Shown: piece by piece, positions 18,531 through 27,018 of the stretch
Numbering within the stretch: the first letter of the stretch is position 1
How the letters are laid out: every line of letters starts with the position of its first letter
Virus record (IMG/VR): IMGVR_UViG_3300020183_000010
Length of the DNA stretch: 64,000 bases
Strand: one strand, 5' to 3'
From: a virus
Translations under genes and position numbers: made by a program
The notes under the pieces: generated by a model
Databases searched by the model: none
Told to the model about the DNA's origin: nothing
Seen by the model: the letters and a program-made list of their open reading frames with translations, nothing else

Positions 18531-20049
18531 GTTTATCGATATATACATTATGGATTCTTCATTATTGGAAAAGTTTGTTTTTAAAGGCGTAAAAGGAAAG
18601 GAAAGACCTCTGACTGTTGTTATATTAACTACAAAATTAGGAAAAAGTTTAAAGAATGCTCCTAGCACGGATAAAATCATGAAAATATGTGAGGAAAGGG
18701 GGGTTAGATGTATCATAATAGATACTGAAAAAGGAGCAATACAGAAAACAAACAAGGGTACTTTTCTTATCTCTAGCAGGGGAGGAAAACAACAAGAAAT
18801 ATATCTAGACAGAACTATAGTTCTAACTAGAAGATCCTCGATTAAAAATAATGCAGCCAAAGGATTTTTTAAAAAAATGGAAGATCTAGGATTTCCTTGT
18901 GTGAATTCCTATGAATCTGTTATTATATGCGAGGATAAATTACAAACTACGAGAAAACTACAATTAGCTAAAATACCTGTTCCTAGAACAGCTTTAATAT
19001 CTTCTGAAGCAGACATTGATAAAGCTGTAGAGGAAGTTGGCGGGGAATACCCAGTTGTTTGTAAATTTCTTTCAGGAACTAAAGGAATTGGAGTATTTAT
19101 GATAGATTCCAGACCTTCTTTAGTATCTACACTCCAAGCTCTTTGGTATTTAGCTCATGGAACTGAAATAGTACTACAAGAAAAAATAGATGCTGATTAT
19201 GATTTAAGGATTCACGTAGTTGCAGAAAGTGATGGTATGGCTGGTAGAGAATACAAGGTCATAGCAGCTATGAAAAGAATAAAAATAAAAGGGGATTTTA
19301 GAACTAATTTCTCTCTAGGCGGTGATACAGAAAAAGTTAAACTTTCTAAAGAAATAGAAAAAATAGCTATAGAATCTGCAAAGGCAACAGGATGTCTTTG
19401 GTGTGGTGTTGATATAATAGTACAAAAAAATAAAAACGGGGACGGAGAGGAAAAACCTTATGTGTTAGAGGTTAATGCTTCTCCTGGAACAACAGGAATA
19501 GAAAAAACAACGGATATACCAGTTACTGATATGATCGTAGATTTTCTTTTAGATAAGAAAAACTGGGTCAAACCTAAAAAGATCACAGGATTTAGAGAAA
19601 TGATAACGGTATCTGGAATAGGAACATTCGTAGGAAAACTAGACACGGGAAACGGTGCAACTTCTTGTAGTTTACACGCTGATAGTATAGAAGAAGTTGA
19701 TGGAAGTGTTCACTGGAAATTAGGAAACGAGGAATTTGTAAATAAAATCGTAGGACAATCTAAAGCTGAGGTTGGTGAAAAAATTCATCATAGAGCGGTT
19801 GTTAATTTAGATGTTGATTTTAACGGTGTTGTTTATAAGAAAGTTAAATTTTCTCTAGTTGATAGGACAGAAAAGAGTACACCTCTTCTATTAAATAGAG
19901 ATTTCTTAAGCGCTGCTGGTCTTGTGGTTGATCCTTCAGAGGATTTTGTACTTACTGACAGGCCTGAGGGATATTCTCCTAAGGACGCTAAAGGAGATCC
20001 TATAGCTGGAGTTAATGTTATAAAATCAAATGGTAGCTCCTATAAATAA
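18529..20049 (+). CDS. RimK-family ATP-grasp ligase fused to a RimK-associated retropepsin-like protease (probable start 18550)
   Basis: DKLQT, IPVPRT, YPVVCK..SGTKGIGV, LQEKI, DLRIHVV, FRTNFSLGG, GVDII, VLEVNASPG; C-terminal KLDTGN...SLHA...LVDR...LLLNRDFL. Confidence 0.85.
   Translation: MFIDIYIMDSSLLEKFVFKGVKGKERPLTVVILTTKLGKSLKNAPSTDKIMKICEERGVRCIIIDTEKGAIQKTNKGTFLISSRGGKQQEIYLDRTIVLTRRSSIKNNAAKGFFKKMEDLGFPCVNSYESVIICEDKLQTTRKLQLAKIPVPRTALISSEADIDKAVEEVGGEYPVVCKFLSGTKGIGVFMIDSRPSLVSTLQALWYLAHGTEIVLQEKIDADYDLRIHVVAESDGMAGREYKVIAAMKRIKIKGDFRTNFSLGGDTEKVKLSKEIEKIAIESAKATGCLWCGVDIIVQKNKNGDGEEKPYVLEVNASPGTTGIEKTTDIPVTDMIVDFLLDKKNWVKPKKITGFREMITVSGIGTFVGKLDTGNGATSCSLHADSIEEVDGSVHWKLGNEEFVNKIVGQSKAEVGEKIHHRAVVNLDVDFNGVVYKKVKFSLVDRTEKSTPLLLNRDFLSAAGLVVDPSEDFVLTDRPEGYSPKDAKGDPIAGVNVIKSNGSSYK
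18538..18545 (+). promoter_or_regulatory. GATATATA late-type promoter motif
   Basis: Lies between the terminator and the ATG at 18550. Confidence 0.65.
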
Positions 20050-21441
20050 TCTAACAATATCTTTTCTATAAGATATTTGATCTTCTACTATTTTATTATT
20101 TTTTAATGGAAGCTTTTTTCTTTCTATTACTGAATCAGGAACTAATCCTTTAAAAGTATCTTTTAATATCTTTTTGTTTTTTCTCTCTTCAAAAGGAAGA
20201 CTAATTGCAAATCTAACTATATCATGATTCAAAAAGGGGCTTCTTAATTCCAACGTATGAGCCATAGATAGCTTATCAAGTCTAGGTAAATGATAGTATG
20301 TTAGCTCGTGAAAAATATCTGATTGTTGTGAATCGTATTCGTTTATTCTTCTATATCCACCAAATAGCTCATCCGCTCCATCTCCTGATATTACTATTCT
20401 CGTATTGGAACCTTTTTTAATAGCATCAAATAAATGATATTGGGGTACAACGCTTCCCATGTCAACAGGGGATTCGTTCCATTTTTGATATATCTCTATT
20501 AGATTTTTCTTACCATCCTCGCTTCCCATATCTATATTATAATCCAATCTCTTAGATTTTACGTCCCAATAATACTCACAAGCTTTGACGTATTCCTCAT
20601 CCTCTCCGTTAGATATCGAATAAAAACTTACATCGGCTCCTAATTTTAATAAAAGACCCGCAATTATTGATGAATCTAATCCGCCTGAAAGAAGTAAAGA
20701 AGTTGGGTAATTTTTAGACAACAAACGATTTTCTACGGATTTCTCCATTTTCTCAAATAGCCATTCGCATCTATCGTCATATGTTCTTAGTCCGGCATCA
20801 AAGAAATGAAAATTGTAGTACGGATCCGATACCTCTATTACTGATGGGTAATCCAGGCTCCATTTATAGAATCTATTAGGTTCTAATTTTTTTATGTTCA
20901 CAAATGGAGTCTGTTCCGTTGGTACATATCCAGATTTTATTACGCCAGAGAAAAAAGAATGATCTATTTCTATTTTTTCATTCTTTTCATATAGTCCTTT
21001 TATTTCTGAACATATTTCTCCTTTATCGTTACGGTATAAGCATTTCTTACCTAATGGATCTGTAAAAGCATATATGTCTCTAGTTTTAGTATCTACAAGG
21101 ACAATTGCCCAAAACCCATCCCAAGAAATAACATGTGAATCGTATAGTGATTTAAGTATACCTAATCCACCAAAACGAAAAGTTGAGAATAAATTTTGTA
21201 AATATGCAGTGTCTGAATCATAGTCGCCGTAGTTAAATATCTCGCCATTAAAAAGCAAGAATTTATCGTCCCCTATAGGAATAGGCTGTGACCAAGAATC
21301 TCCATCTACTGTTTGGATAGGTAATCTGTGATGTACCAAACATATATCATCTTTATAAACAACATTATGTTCTATTCCTCTATGAGCTATAGAAAGTATT
21401 CTTTCTTCACTGGGTCTTTTTGCTACTAATATTCCACACAT
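20026..21441 (-). CDS. Asparagine synthetase B-like glutamine amidotransferase
   Basis: N-terminal MCGI, HRG, HHRL, FNGEIFN, LLSGGLDSS, SGDGADELFGGY, RLDKLSMAHTLELRSPFL. Confidence 0.9.
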   Translation of the reverse strand: MCGILVAKRPSEERILSIAHRGIEHNVVYKDDICLVHHRLPIQTVDGDSWSQPIPIGDDKFLLFNGEIFNYGDYDSDTAYLQNLFSTFRFGGLGILKSLYDSHVISWDGFWAIVLVDTKTRDIYAFTDPLGKKCLYRNDKGEICSEIKGLYEKNEKIEIDHSFFSGVIKSGYVPTEQTPFVNIKKLEPNRFYKWSLDYPSVIEVSDPYYNFHFFDAGLRTYDDRCEWLFEKMEKSVENRLLSKNYPTSLLLSGGLDSSIIAGLLLKLGADVSFYSISNGEDEEYVKACEYYWDVKSKRLDYNIDMGSEDGKKNLIEIYQKWNESPVDMGSVVPQYHLFDAIKKGSNTRIVISGDGADELFGGYRRINEYDSQQSDIFHELTYYHLPRLDKLSMAHTLELRSPFLNHDIVRFAISLPFEERKNKKILKDTFKGLVPDSVIERKKLPLKNNKIVEDQISYRKDIVRLFIGATI

Positions 21442-21445
21442 ATTT

Positions 21446-21982
21446 TTAAATATTCCTAATTTGTTGTTTAAAGCGCACTACGGACTCTAAATCGAATTTA
21501 TTATCAAAGATCTTAATATTAACTCCAAGGTCTTTTAAAAGCAAATAAAACCTATCAAAAAGCATCTTTTCCTCGTCACCTCTTGAGTCGTCTTGATCCC
21601 AAATATCCTTAGTTCTTTTTTCTTGACATTGGCCATTAACTAAAATAATAGATACCCCATTAAAAAGTCCTCTCCTATTAAAATTTATTAAATCAGTTTC
21701 TGCTTGTTTTATAGTTACTCTTCCTTGAAAAACCCCCCAAACAGAATTAGTAAGTATCCCTCTGTCAACTAACATTTTGGGTATAAACCCTCCACTGTTT
21801 AATTCGTGGAGCATCACTTCTTTTCCTAATCCGAACCAATGTATTTCCTCTGATTGTTTTCCAAAATCCCAAGCGCTAAAATTCGAATTGAAATCAAATT
21901 TAAAAACCGGAAGCTCATTTTGGTTTTGCAGCAAATAAGATTTTCCTGACTTTCTAGGTCCTTCTACAATAATAAGGGGCAT
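21446..21982 (-). CDS. P-loop nucleoside-monophosphate kinase-like protein
   Basis: IIVEGPRKSGKS Walker A and LVDRG, as in thymidylate kinases. Confidence 0.7.
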   Translation of the reverse strand: MPLIIVEGPRKSGKSYLLQNQNELPVFKFDFNSNFSAWDFGKQSEEIHWFGLGKEVMLHELNSGGFIPKMLVDRGILTNSVWGVFQGRVTIKQAETDLINFNRRGLFNGVSIILVNGQCQEKRTKDIWDQDDSRGDEEKMLFDRFYLLLKDLGVNIKIFDNKFDLESVVRFKQQIRNI

Positions 21983-21997
21983 AACCTTTGTTTATGA

Positions 21998-22024
21998 TTA
22001 TACCCCTAATTTAATAAAAATTTC
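21998..22024 (-). promoter_or_regulatory. Bipartite promoter-like motif GAAAT-N16-GTATAA upstream of the kinase/AsnB pair
   Basis: 16-nt spacer counted by hand. Confidence 0.5.
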
Positions 22025-22035
22025 GAATATTTCTA

Positions 22036-24141
22036 CTAGAAATCTGTATCTACGTTATAAGATTTAGTAGTTCCGTCGCTCTTATAGATTGTCCATCTGT
22101 AAGTGTCATTCGATGTACTTCCATAAAGTTTATTGATAAGCTTATCAAATTGGAATCTGTCGCTTGCTGTGGTATTTTTAAGAAGGTTTGTTTTTGCGTT
22201 AGAATTAGATAATTGCTTTATTCTATTTATTGCTGGATTATAATAAGCATCCTCTATAGTTTTACCATACCATTTACTAAAAGCAGCCACTGCTGCATCT
22301 TCATCATCATTAAATGTTCCTTTAAAAGGCTTCCAGAAACTAGATTCCCCAAATTTAGAAACTATCATTTCTGACATTTTAACTAATAATTCGTTGGCTT
22401 TCTTAACCTTATCGAGACTTTCTTTGTCCATAGATAAGCTTTCTGTTATTGTACATTTAACAACATACTCTAGCTTCCAAGCTTTTCCTCCGGGGAAAGT
22501 AACCATTTCCTTAGAAGGATCATATGTACCAGTCCATTGTTTTTTGCCTCCGTCCGTGTTAGTGTAAATAACTTGGTAGTTATTATATAAATGTCCGTAT
22601 GCTTTACCGGAATAGAAAAGTATAACAGGTTCCCCAGTTGCGGTTGTTAACTGAAGTTCTACCTTACTGCTATATTTTTTAAGTTTGGCAAGAAGCGTGT
22701 TCATTTCTTTACCGTCCATCTTCTTAACAGTAGGTGCAGAGGTTGCTTTGCTATACTCGTCCCCATATTGTACATAAGCTTTTCTGATGTATGAGTTGTT
22801 CTCAGATCCTGAAGCATCTAGATTATTCTCCTTAGCCCAATCTGGATATTTTTTATTTACCCATTCTCTAAACTTGTTTCCTTCCTCTTTTGTTTTAAAA
22901 GGCGTTGCAGGAACTGAAGGAACACTACTTTTTGCTGATGATGAAGATTTAGATGATTTAGATGATTTAGATGATTTATCAGGTGAGCTTTCTTTTGCTT
23001 TTTGTATAACTTCAGAAGCTTTCGAAAGATCTATAACAATTTCATCACCGTTTTCCTCATTTATTCTAGATTTCATAAATGAATCAAAAGTTAAAAGCTT
23101 ACTCCAATTATTATCCACGCTTTCTTTTATAGTTATATTTCCTTTTTTTAATTTTCTATAAAAAAGAGGGCTAATATCAGATGTTTTATCTTCCGGAAGT
23201 ATATAACCTTTAATTGATTTTATCAAAAGACCTGTATTAGGCCCGAAAATAGCAGTTATGTTAGGATAATTTTTATAAACCTCTTTCCAGAACTTTTCTG
23301 ATGTAAAAACTTTAGCTTTACCTAACTTGTCGTATATTAATTTCTTAACCTCTATTACTATTTCTGCATCCTTTCCTTTTGGAGTTGTACCTTGTTTAAT
23401 TGTAGATGTTATCTCATCACCAGTGGTTGTATTAGATGAATCATCTTTTTTATCCTCCTTCTTCTTAGGTACGAATTGGGAAAAACTAGCTGCGAAATCA
23501 GTTTGTGCCTCTAAGAAAAATTTCTTTGCGACATTTAATGATTTTTCTATTTTTTGATTAGCTGCAATTACTGGCTGTTCTGCTTGTTCTTTAATTTTAG
23601 CATCGCTCCATTTTTTTAGCATTTCTTCATACTCAGATTCATATTTAGAATAAGAATCTCTAAAAGTTTGTATCTCAGCAGCATTTTCTGATGGTTCTAG
23701 TCTTGATCCTTCAGATTGAGCAGTTTTTTCTGCGTTTCTTTTTAGGCTAATAACTAGTGCTAATAGGGTATCTGCAGATCTAAGTATAGGATCTCCGTAT
23801 TTGGCACCTGCCATTTTATTTTTTATAGTATTAAAGATGTCAATTCTTGTTGCTAATACCTGCCCCCTAAGTAAATCTACCGCTTTAATATATGAATTTA
23901 ATATAAATCGATCTCCTTTATCCCCGACGGTGAATCTACCCTCTAGGCGGTTTTCTCTTCTATCAGATCTGGTCTGTGACTTCCCTGTTGATGTTCTATC
24001 TCCGAAAAGACCTCTTTTCTCTTTTTTTGTTCCTCCTTCTGTGCCGGAACCATCCTCCATTATACGATTGGAAGATTTCATACTTTCTAGAATAGATAAG
24101 AAACTTTTGCTAAAATTTGCCATTTTATATTTTTTTATCAT
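22036..24141 (-). CDS. Large putative virion/internal head protein
   Basis: FLSILES N-terminus, internal LLTFDSF...RINEE, SKS linker, possible peptidoglycan-binding-like segment (IFGPNT). Confidence 0.55.
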   Translation of the reverse strand: MIKKYKMANFSKSFLSILESMKSSNRIMEDGSGTEGGTKKEKRGLFGDRTSTGKSQTRSDRRENRLEGRFTVGDKGDRFILNSYIKAVDLLRGQVLATRIDIFNTIKNKMAGAKYGDPILRSADTLLALVISLKRNAEKTAQSEGSRLEPSENAAEIQTFRDSYSKYESEYEEMLKKWSDAKIKEQAEQPVIAANQKIEKSLNVAKKFFLEAQTDFAASFSQFVPKKKEDKKDDSSNTTTGDEITSTIKQGTTPKGKDAEIVIEVKKLIYDKLGKAKVFTSEKFWKEVYKNYPNITAIFGPNTGLLIKSIKGYILPEDKTSDISPLFYRKLKKGNITIKESVDNNWSKLLTFDSFMKSRINEENGDEIVIDLSKASEVIQKAKESSPDKSSKSSKSSKSSSSAKSSVPSVPATPFKTKEEGNKFREWVNKKYPDWAKENNLDASGSENNSYIRKAYVQYGDEYSKATSAPTVKKMDGKEMNTLLAKLKKYSSKVELQLTTATGEPVILFYSGKAYGHLYNNYQVIYTNTDGGKKQWTGTYDPSKEMVTFPGGKAWKLEYVVKCTITESLSMDKESLDKVKKANELLVKMSEMIVSKFGESSFWKPFKGTFNDDEDAAVAAFSKWYGKTIEDAYYNPAINRIKQLSNSNAKTNLLKNTTASDRFQFDKLINKLYGSTSNDTYRWTIYKSDGTTKSYNVDTDF

Positions 24142-24677
24142 TTTGCTGTACCAGCAGGTAAGGACTGATCTAAAGCTTGTGAGCTAAAAGAAATGAAGTC
24201 ATTAACCGCCTTCTTAACTTCTGGTGATGTATATTCTGTTGAGTACTGTTTAGTATATTCCTCCATAGTTACATCCTTTAATTCGTTTTTTCCCTGCTCT
24301 ATTTTATCGTAAATAGATTGGAGCTTTTCAAAATTCTCTAAATTTCTAATAGCTTGATTTCCTGATATTTGTTTTACTAGATCTTCCATTTTTGATATCA
24401 TTCCATCAAAAAAAGTTTTAATATCTAGACCTTTGTCCTTTTGTTCTTTTAAGTAAGTTGAGAGGCTAGTTAAAAGAGTAGTTTTAACTGTAGCATCTGG
24501 AACAGAATTTACAAAGTATACATATTGGCTATAACATGTTTCCATTATTCTCCTAGCATACTCAACTGCATATTTAATCTTATCAGGAGTACTCTGTTCA
24601 ACGATTCTTTCGTATCTTCTTGCGGAATCTGCAAGAGATTCGAAAAGAGGGTTATATTCTAATCTTCTATTATTCAT
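24138..24677 (-). CDS. Putative internal head protein
   Basis: N-terminal YNPLFES matches FNPIFES of the 869-aa protein; duplicated GATATATA upstream. Confidence 0.55.
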   Translation of the reverse strand: MNNRRLEYNPLFESLADSARRYERIVEQSTPDKIKYAVEYARRIMETCYSQYVYFVNSVPDATVKTTLLTSLSTYLKEQKDKGLDIKTFFDGMISKMEDLVKQISGNQAIRNLENFEKLQSIYDKIEQGKNELKDVTMEEYTKQYSTEYTSPEVKKAVNDFISFSSQALDQSLPAGTAK

Positions 24678-24682
24678 TTTTA

Positions 24683-24720
24683 GATTTTTTATTATATATC
24701 TTATTTTTTATTATATATCT
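24683..24720. repeat. 19-bp tandem duplication carrying two copies of the late-type promoter motif
   Basis: (g/t)attttttattatatatct occurs twice in tandem. Confidence 0.85.
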
Positions 24721-25010
24721 TATTTTTTGACAGATTCCATCTTCTTAAAAGCAACTGCTTTTTTCTGAAATTCTGCAACTTTTTTTTGCATCTCTATTGC
24801 TTGTTGGTTTAAAGACTCACTTTTTGATAAAGTGCCGTCTTTCTCTCTCTTTTGGAGATTAGCAATAGCTAGATCGATATCAGATATTCTTTTATCTATA
24901 TCCATAATCTGTTTTTCTGCATCGGTTTTTACCTGAAGCTCTTTTGTCTTTTGTTGTGTGCTTTCTTGCTCAAAAACAAATTCGTTAATTCTAAAGAGTC
25001 TGTGTGGCAT
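24720..25010 (-). CDS. Small coiled-coil putative head protein
   Basis: Starts MPHRLFRINEFVFEQ; heptad pattern. Confidence 0.55.
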   Translation of the reverse strand: MPHRLFRINEFVFEQESTQQKTKELQVKTDAEKQIMDIDKRISDIDLAIANLQKREKDGTLSKSESLNQQAIEMQKKVAEFQKKAVAFKKMESVKK

Positions 25011-25872
25011 ATCTTCGGTTTTTCATTTCTCTTTCAATGGTATTTACCCTACCACGAAGTTTGTCTATATTTTTTCTAAGATGATATCTTACGTTCATCT
25101 CTTCTTTTTCTAAAGAAGATAAGATCCAGTCTTGGCCCTGTTTCTCTGCCATTTTTTTATCCCTTCTGATTCTTTCTATTGCTGTTGAATATTTGTCTTC
25201 TAGATCAAAGAAAAAGTCCCTAATTTGTACATAGTACTTATTTAGATTAGTTTCGTCTAGAGATCTAGTAAATGATGCAGCTTCTTTAGAAGGCATATTA
25301 AGAAAACTTAAAACATCGTCGGTCATTTTAGCAGGAACCTCTACGGATGGCATATAAGAAGGTCTTTCTTTATACTCCTCATAAAATGCCGACTTTCTAT
25401 TAGCATCCTTAACCAAAGAATCAAATTCAGCATTTATCTGATTAAGAAATCCTGAATCTGATATTCCTCCCAGATTTTTAAGAAGCTTCTCTTTGGTCTC
25501 TACCTCTATTTTAGCCATTTCGGAAGCAAAAAAAGCTTCTAACTTAGGATCCTCTTCTATTATCGATCTTGCTTCTTTTGCTAAAGAATTTATTTCTTGC
25601 CCTTTAAGAGCAGAATATGTTCTATTTTGTCTTCTTAAATTAGTTAAAGTAAACCTATATTCTGGGCTATTATCTCTAGGTAGGCCTTGTATTTCTTTCT
25701 CTATTGAAATAGTATTAGATACCTCCTCGTGTCTAGCATCTCTTATTTTTTTAAGTATATTTTCGACCTTACCTTTTTTTGATGTAAAAAAGTTTTTAAC
25801 ACCACCCAATAGGGATGAAAGAATCCCTTCATCTAGCCTATCAAATTCTTCTATTTTTTTTATAGATTTCAT
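24991..25872 (-). CDS. Coiled-coil putative head protein, paralogue of the upstream gene
   Basis: Starts MKSIKKIEEFDRLDEGILSSLLGG. Confidence 0.6.
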   Translation of the reverse strand: MKSIKKIEEFDRLDEGILSSLLGGVKNFFTSKKGKVENILKKIRDARHEEVSNTISIEKEIQGLPRDNSPEYRFTLTNLRRQNRTYSALKGQEINSLAKEARSIIEEDPKLEAFFASEMAKIEVETKEKLLKNLGGISDSGFLNQINAEFDSLVKDANRKSAFYEEYKERPSYMPSVEVPAKMTDDVLSFLNMPSKEAASFTRSLDETNLNKYYVQIRDFFFDLEDKYSTAIERIRRDKKMAEKQGQDWILSSLEKEEMNVRYHLRKNIDKLRGRVNTIEREMKNRRYATQTL

Positions 25873-26921
25873 TTTTTTCTAGACGTTATTTTTTTAGCAG
25901 CATCTTCAGCTTCCTCTGCAGTGATTCTTTCCTCTTTGGTTTTCACTAGATTTTTAATTTGCGATGTTAATTCGTTAGACATTCTAATTAGTTCATCTCT
26001 TACATCTTTTCCTAGATTTCCTTGAGGATTTTCACTGGTGATATTTTTGTTGTCGTCTGTGATAACATCAACTATCTCGTGCTGTAAATCCCCTAGTTTT
26101 CTTATTTTAGTATAATGTATATCCCCAGGGAAAGACATTATATCATCCATTCTTTTCTTAAATTTTTGTGGTAATGAAGAGGGATCGTCGTGATCGTGAG
26201 GATTATCGTTGGACGTAACTGTTTGCTTCCTTAGTTTTTCCTCTTGAGCTTTAGCTTTTTTCATAGCTTCGTCTCTTTCTTTTTCTAAATCGCTAAGACT
26301 AACATTAAAGAAATCCTCCAGTTCTTTAGATCTTACTGAGCTCCTAGCAGTTATTGCTTTCTGTTTTTCATATCTGTCAGTTCTAGTCTCTAGTACATCA
26401 TTAGCTCTTTGAGCATTAAAGTATGTTTTTTTCCTGTTACTGTCTTTTGTTAAATCCCTTACTCTCTGTTCTAAAGCGTTAAATATTTCATTATGTGTCT
26501 TTGTTAGTTCCTTCATTCTAATATTTAAAGCATTTCTAGATTGCTGTAGTTCCCTGCTTAGAGATTGGTAGTTAGGATTTTCTCGATCCTTATCTAAAGC
26601 TTTTTGGTCTTCTAACAATCTATAGAACTCTTCGTATATTTGATACTCTTCTCTATTAAATTTAAGCTCTTGTTCTTTCATCTGGGTTAACACAGTTTTT
26701 AATTTACTGATGTCCCCACCAAAAGCTCCACTTAAGAAATTCATTATAGTATCACCTAATCCTTCGTTTAGCTCTGTTAGCTGAGATATTAATTCACCTT
26801 CAGACAAATCATTGAATAGTGGTGATTTAACTAAAATACGAGCAGTTTTATTTACATCTCTTTCGTTTTCCAGAAGTGTTTGTTTTGCTTTTTGGAATTG
26901 GGCTGCATTTTCAAACAACAT
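25869..26921 (-). CDS. Coiled-coil putative head protein
   Basis: LNEGLGDTIMNFLSGAFG; helical region aligns by eye with the 293-aa neighbour; GATATATA upstream. Confidence 0.6.
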   Translation of the reverse strand: MLFENAAQFQKAKQTLLENERDVNKTARILVKSPLFNDLSEGELISQLTELNEGLGDTIMNFLSGAFGGDISKLKTVLTQMKEQELKFNREEYQIYEEFYRLLEDQKALDKDRENPNYQSLSRELQQSRNALNIRMKELTKTHNEIFNALEQRVRDLTKDSNRKKTYFNAQRANDVLETRTDRYEKQKAITARSSVRSKELEDFFNVSLSDLEKERDEAMKKAKAQEEKLRKQTVTSNDNPHDHDDPSSLPQKFKKRMDDIMSFPGDIHYTKIRKLGDLQHEIVDVITDDNKNITSENPQGNLGKDVRDELIRMSNELTSQIKNLVKTKEERITAEEAEDAAKKITSRKK

Positions 26922-26937
26922 AGTTTATCTTTTATTC

Positions 26938-26945
26938 TATATATC
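26938..26945 (-). promoter_or_regulatory. GATATATA late-type promoter motif
   Basis: Lies between the capsid terminator and the next ATG. Confidence 0.7.
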
Positions 26946-26963
26946 CAAAAAACTATCTAAAAT

Positions 26964-26993
26964 AAAAAAGGGTCTTCCGAAGAAGACCCTTTT
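26964..26993 (-). terminator. Rho-independent terminator with cUUCGg tetraloop after the major capsid gene
   Basis: Minus strand AAAAGGGTCTTC-TTCG-GAAGACCCTTTT-TT. Confidence 0.9.
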
Positions 26994-27018
26994 GAGTATG
27001 TATCTGTTACAGTTACTA

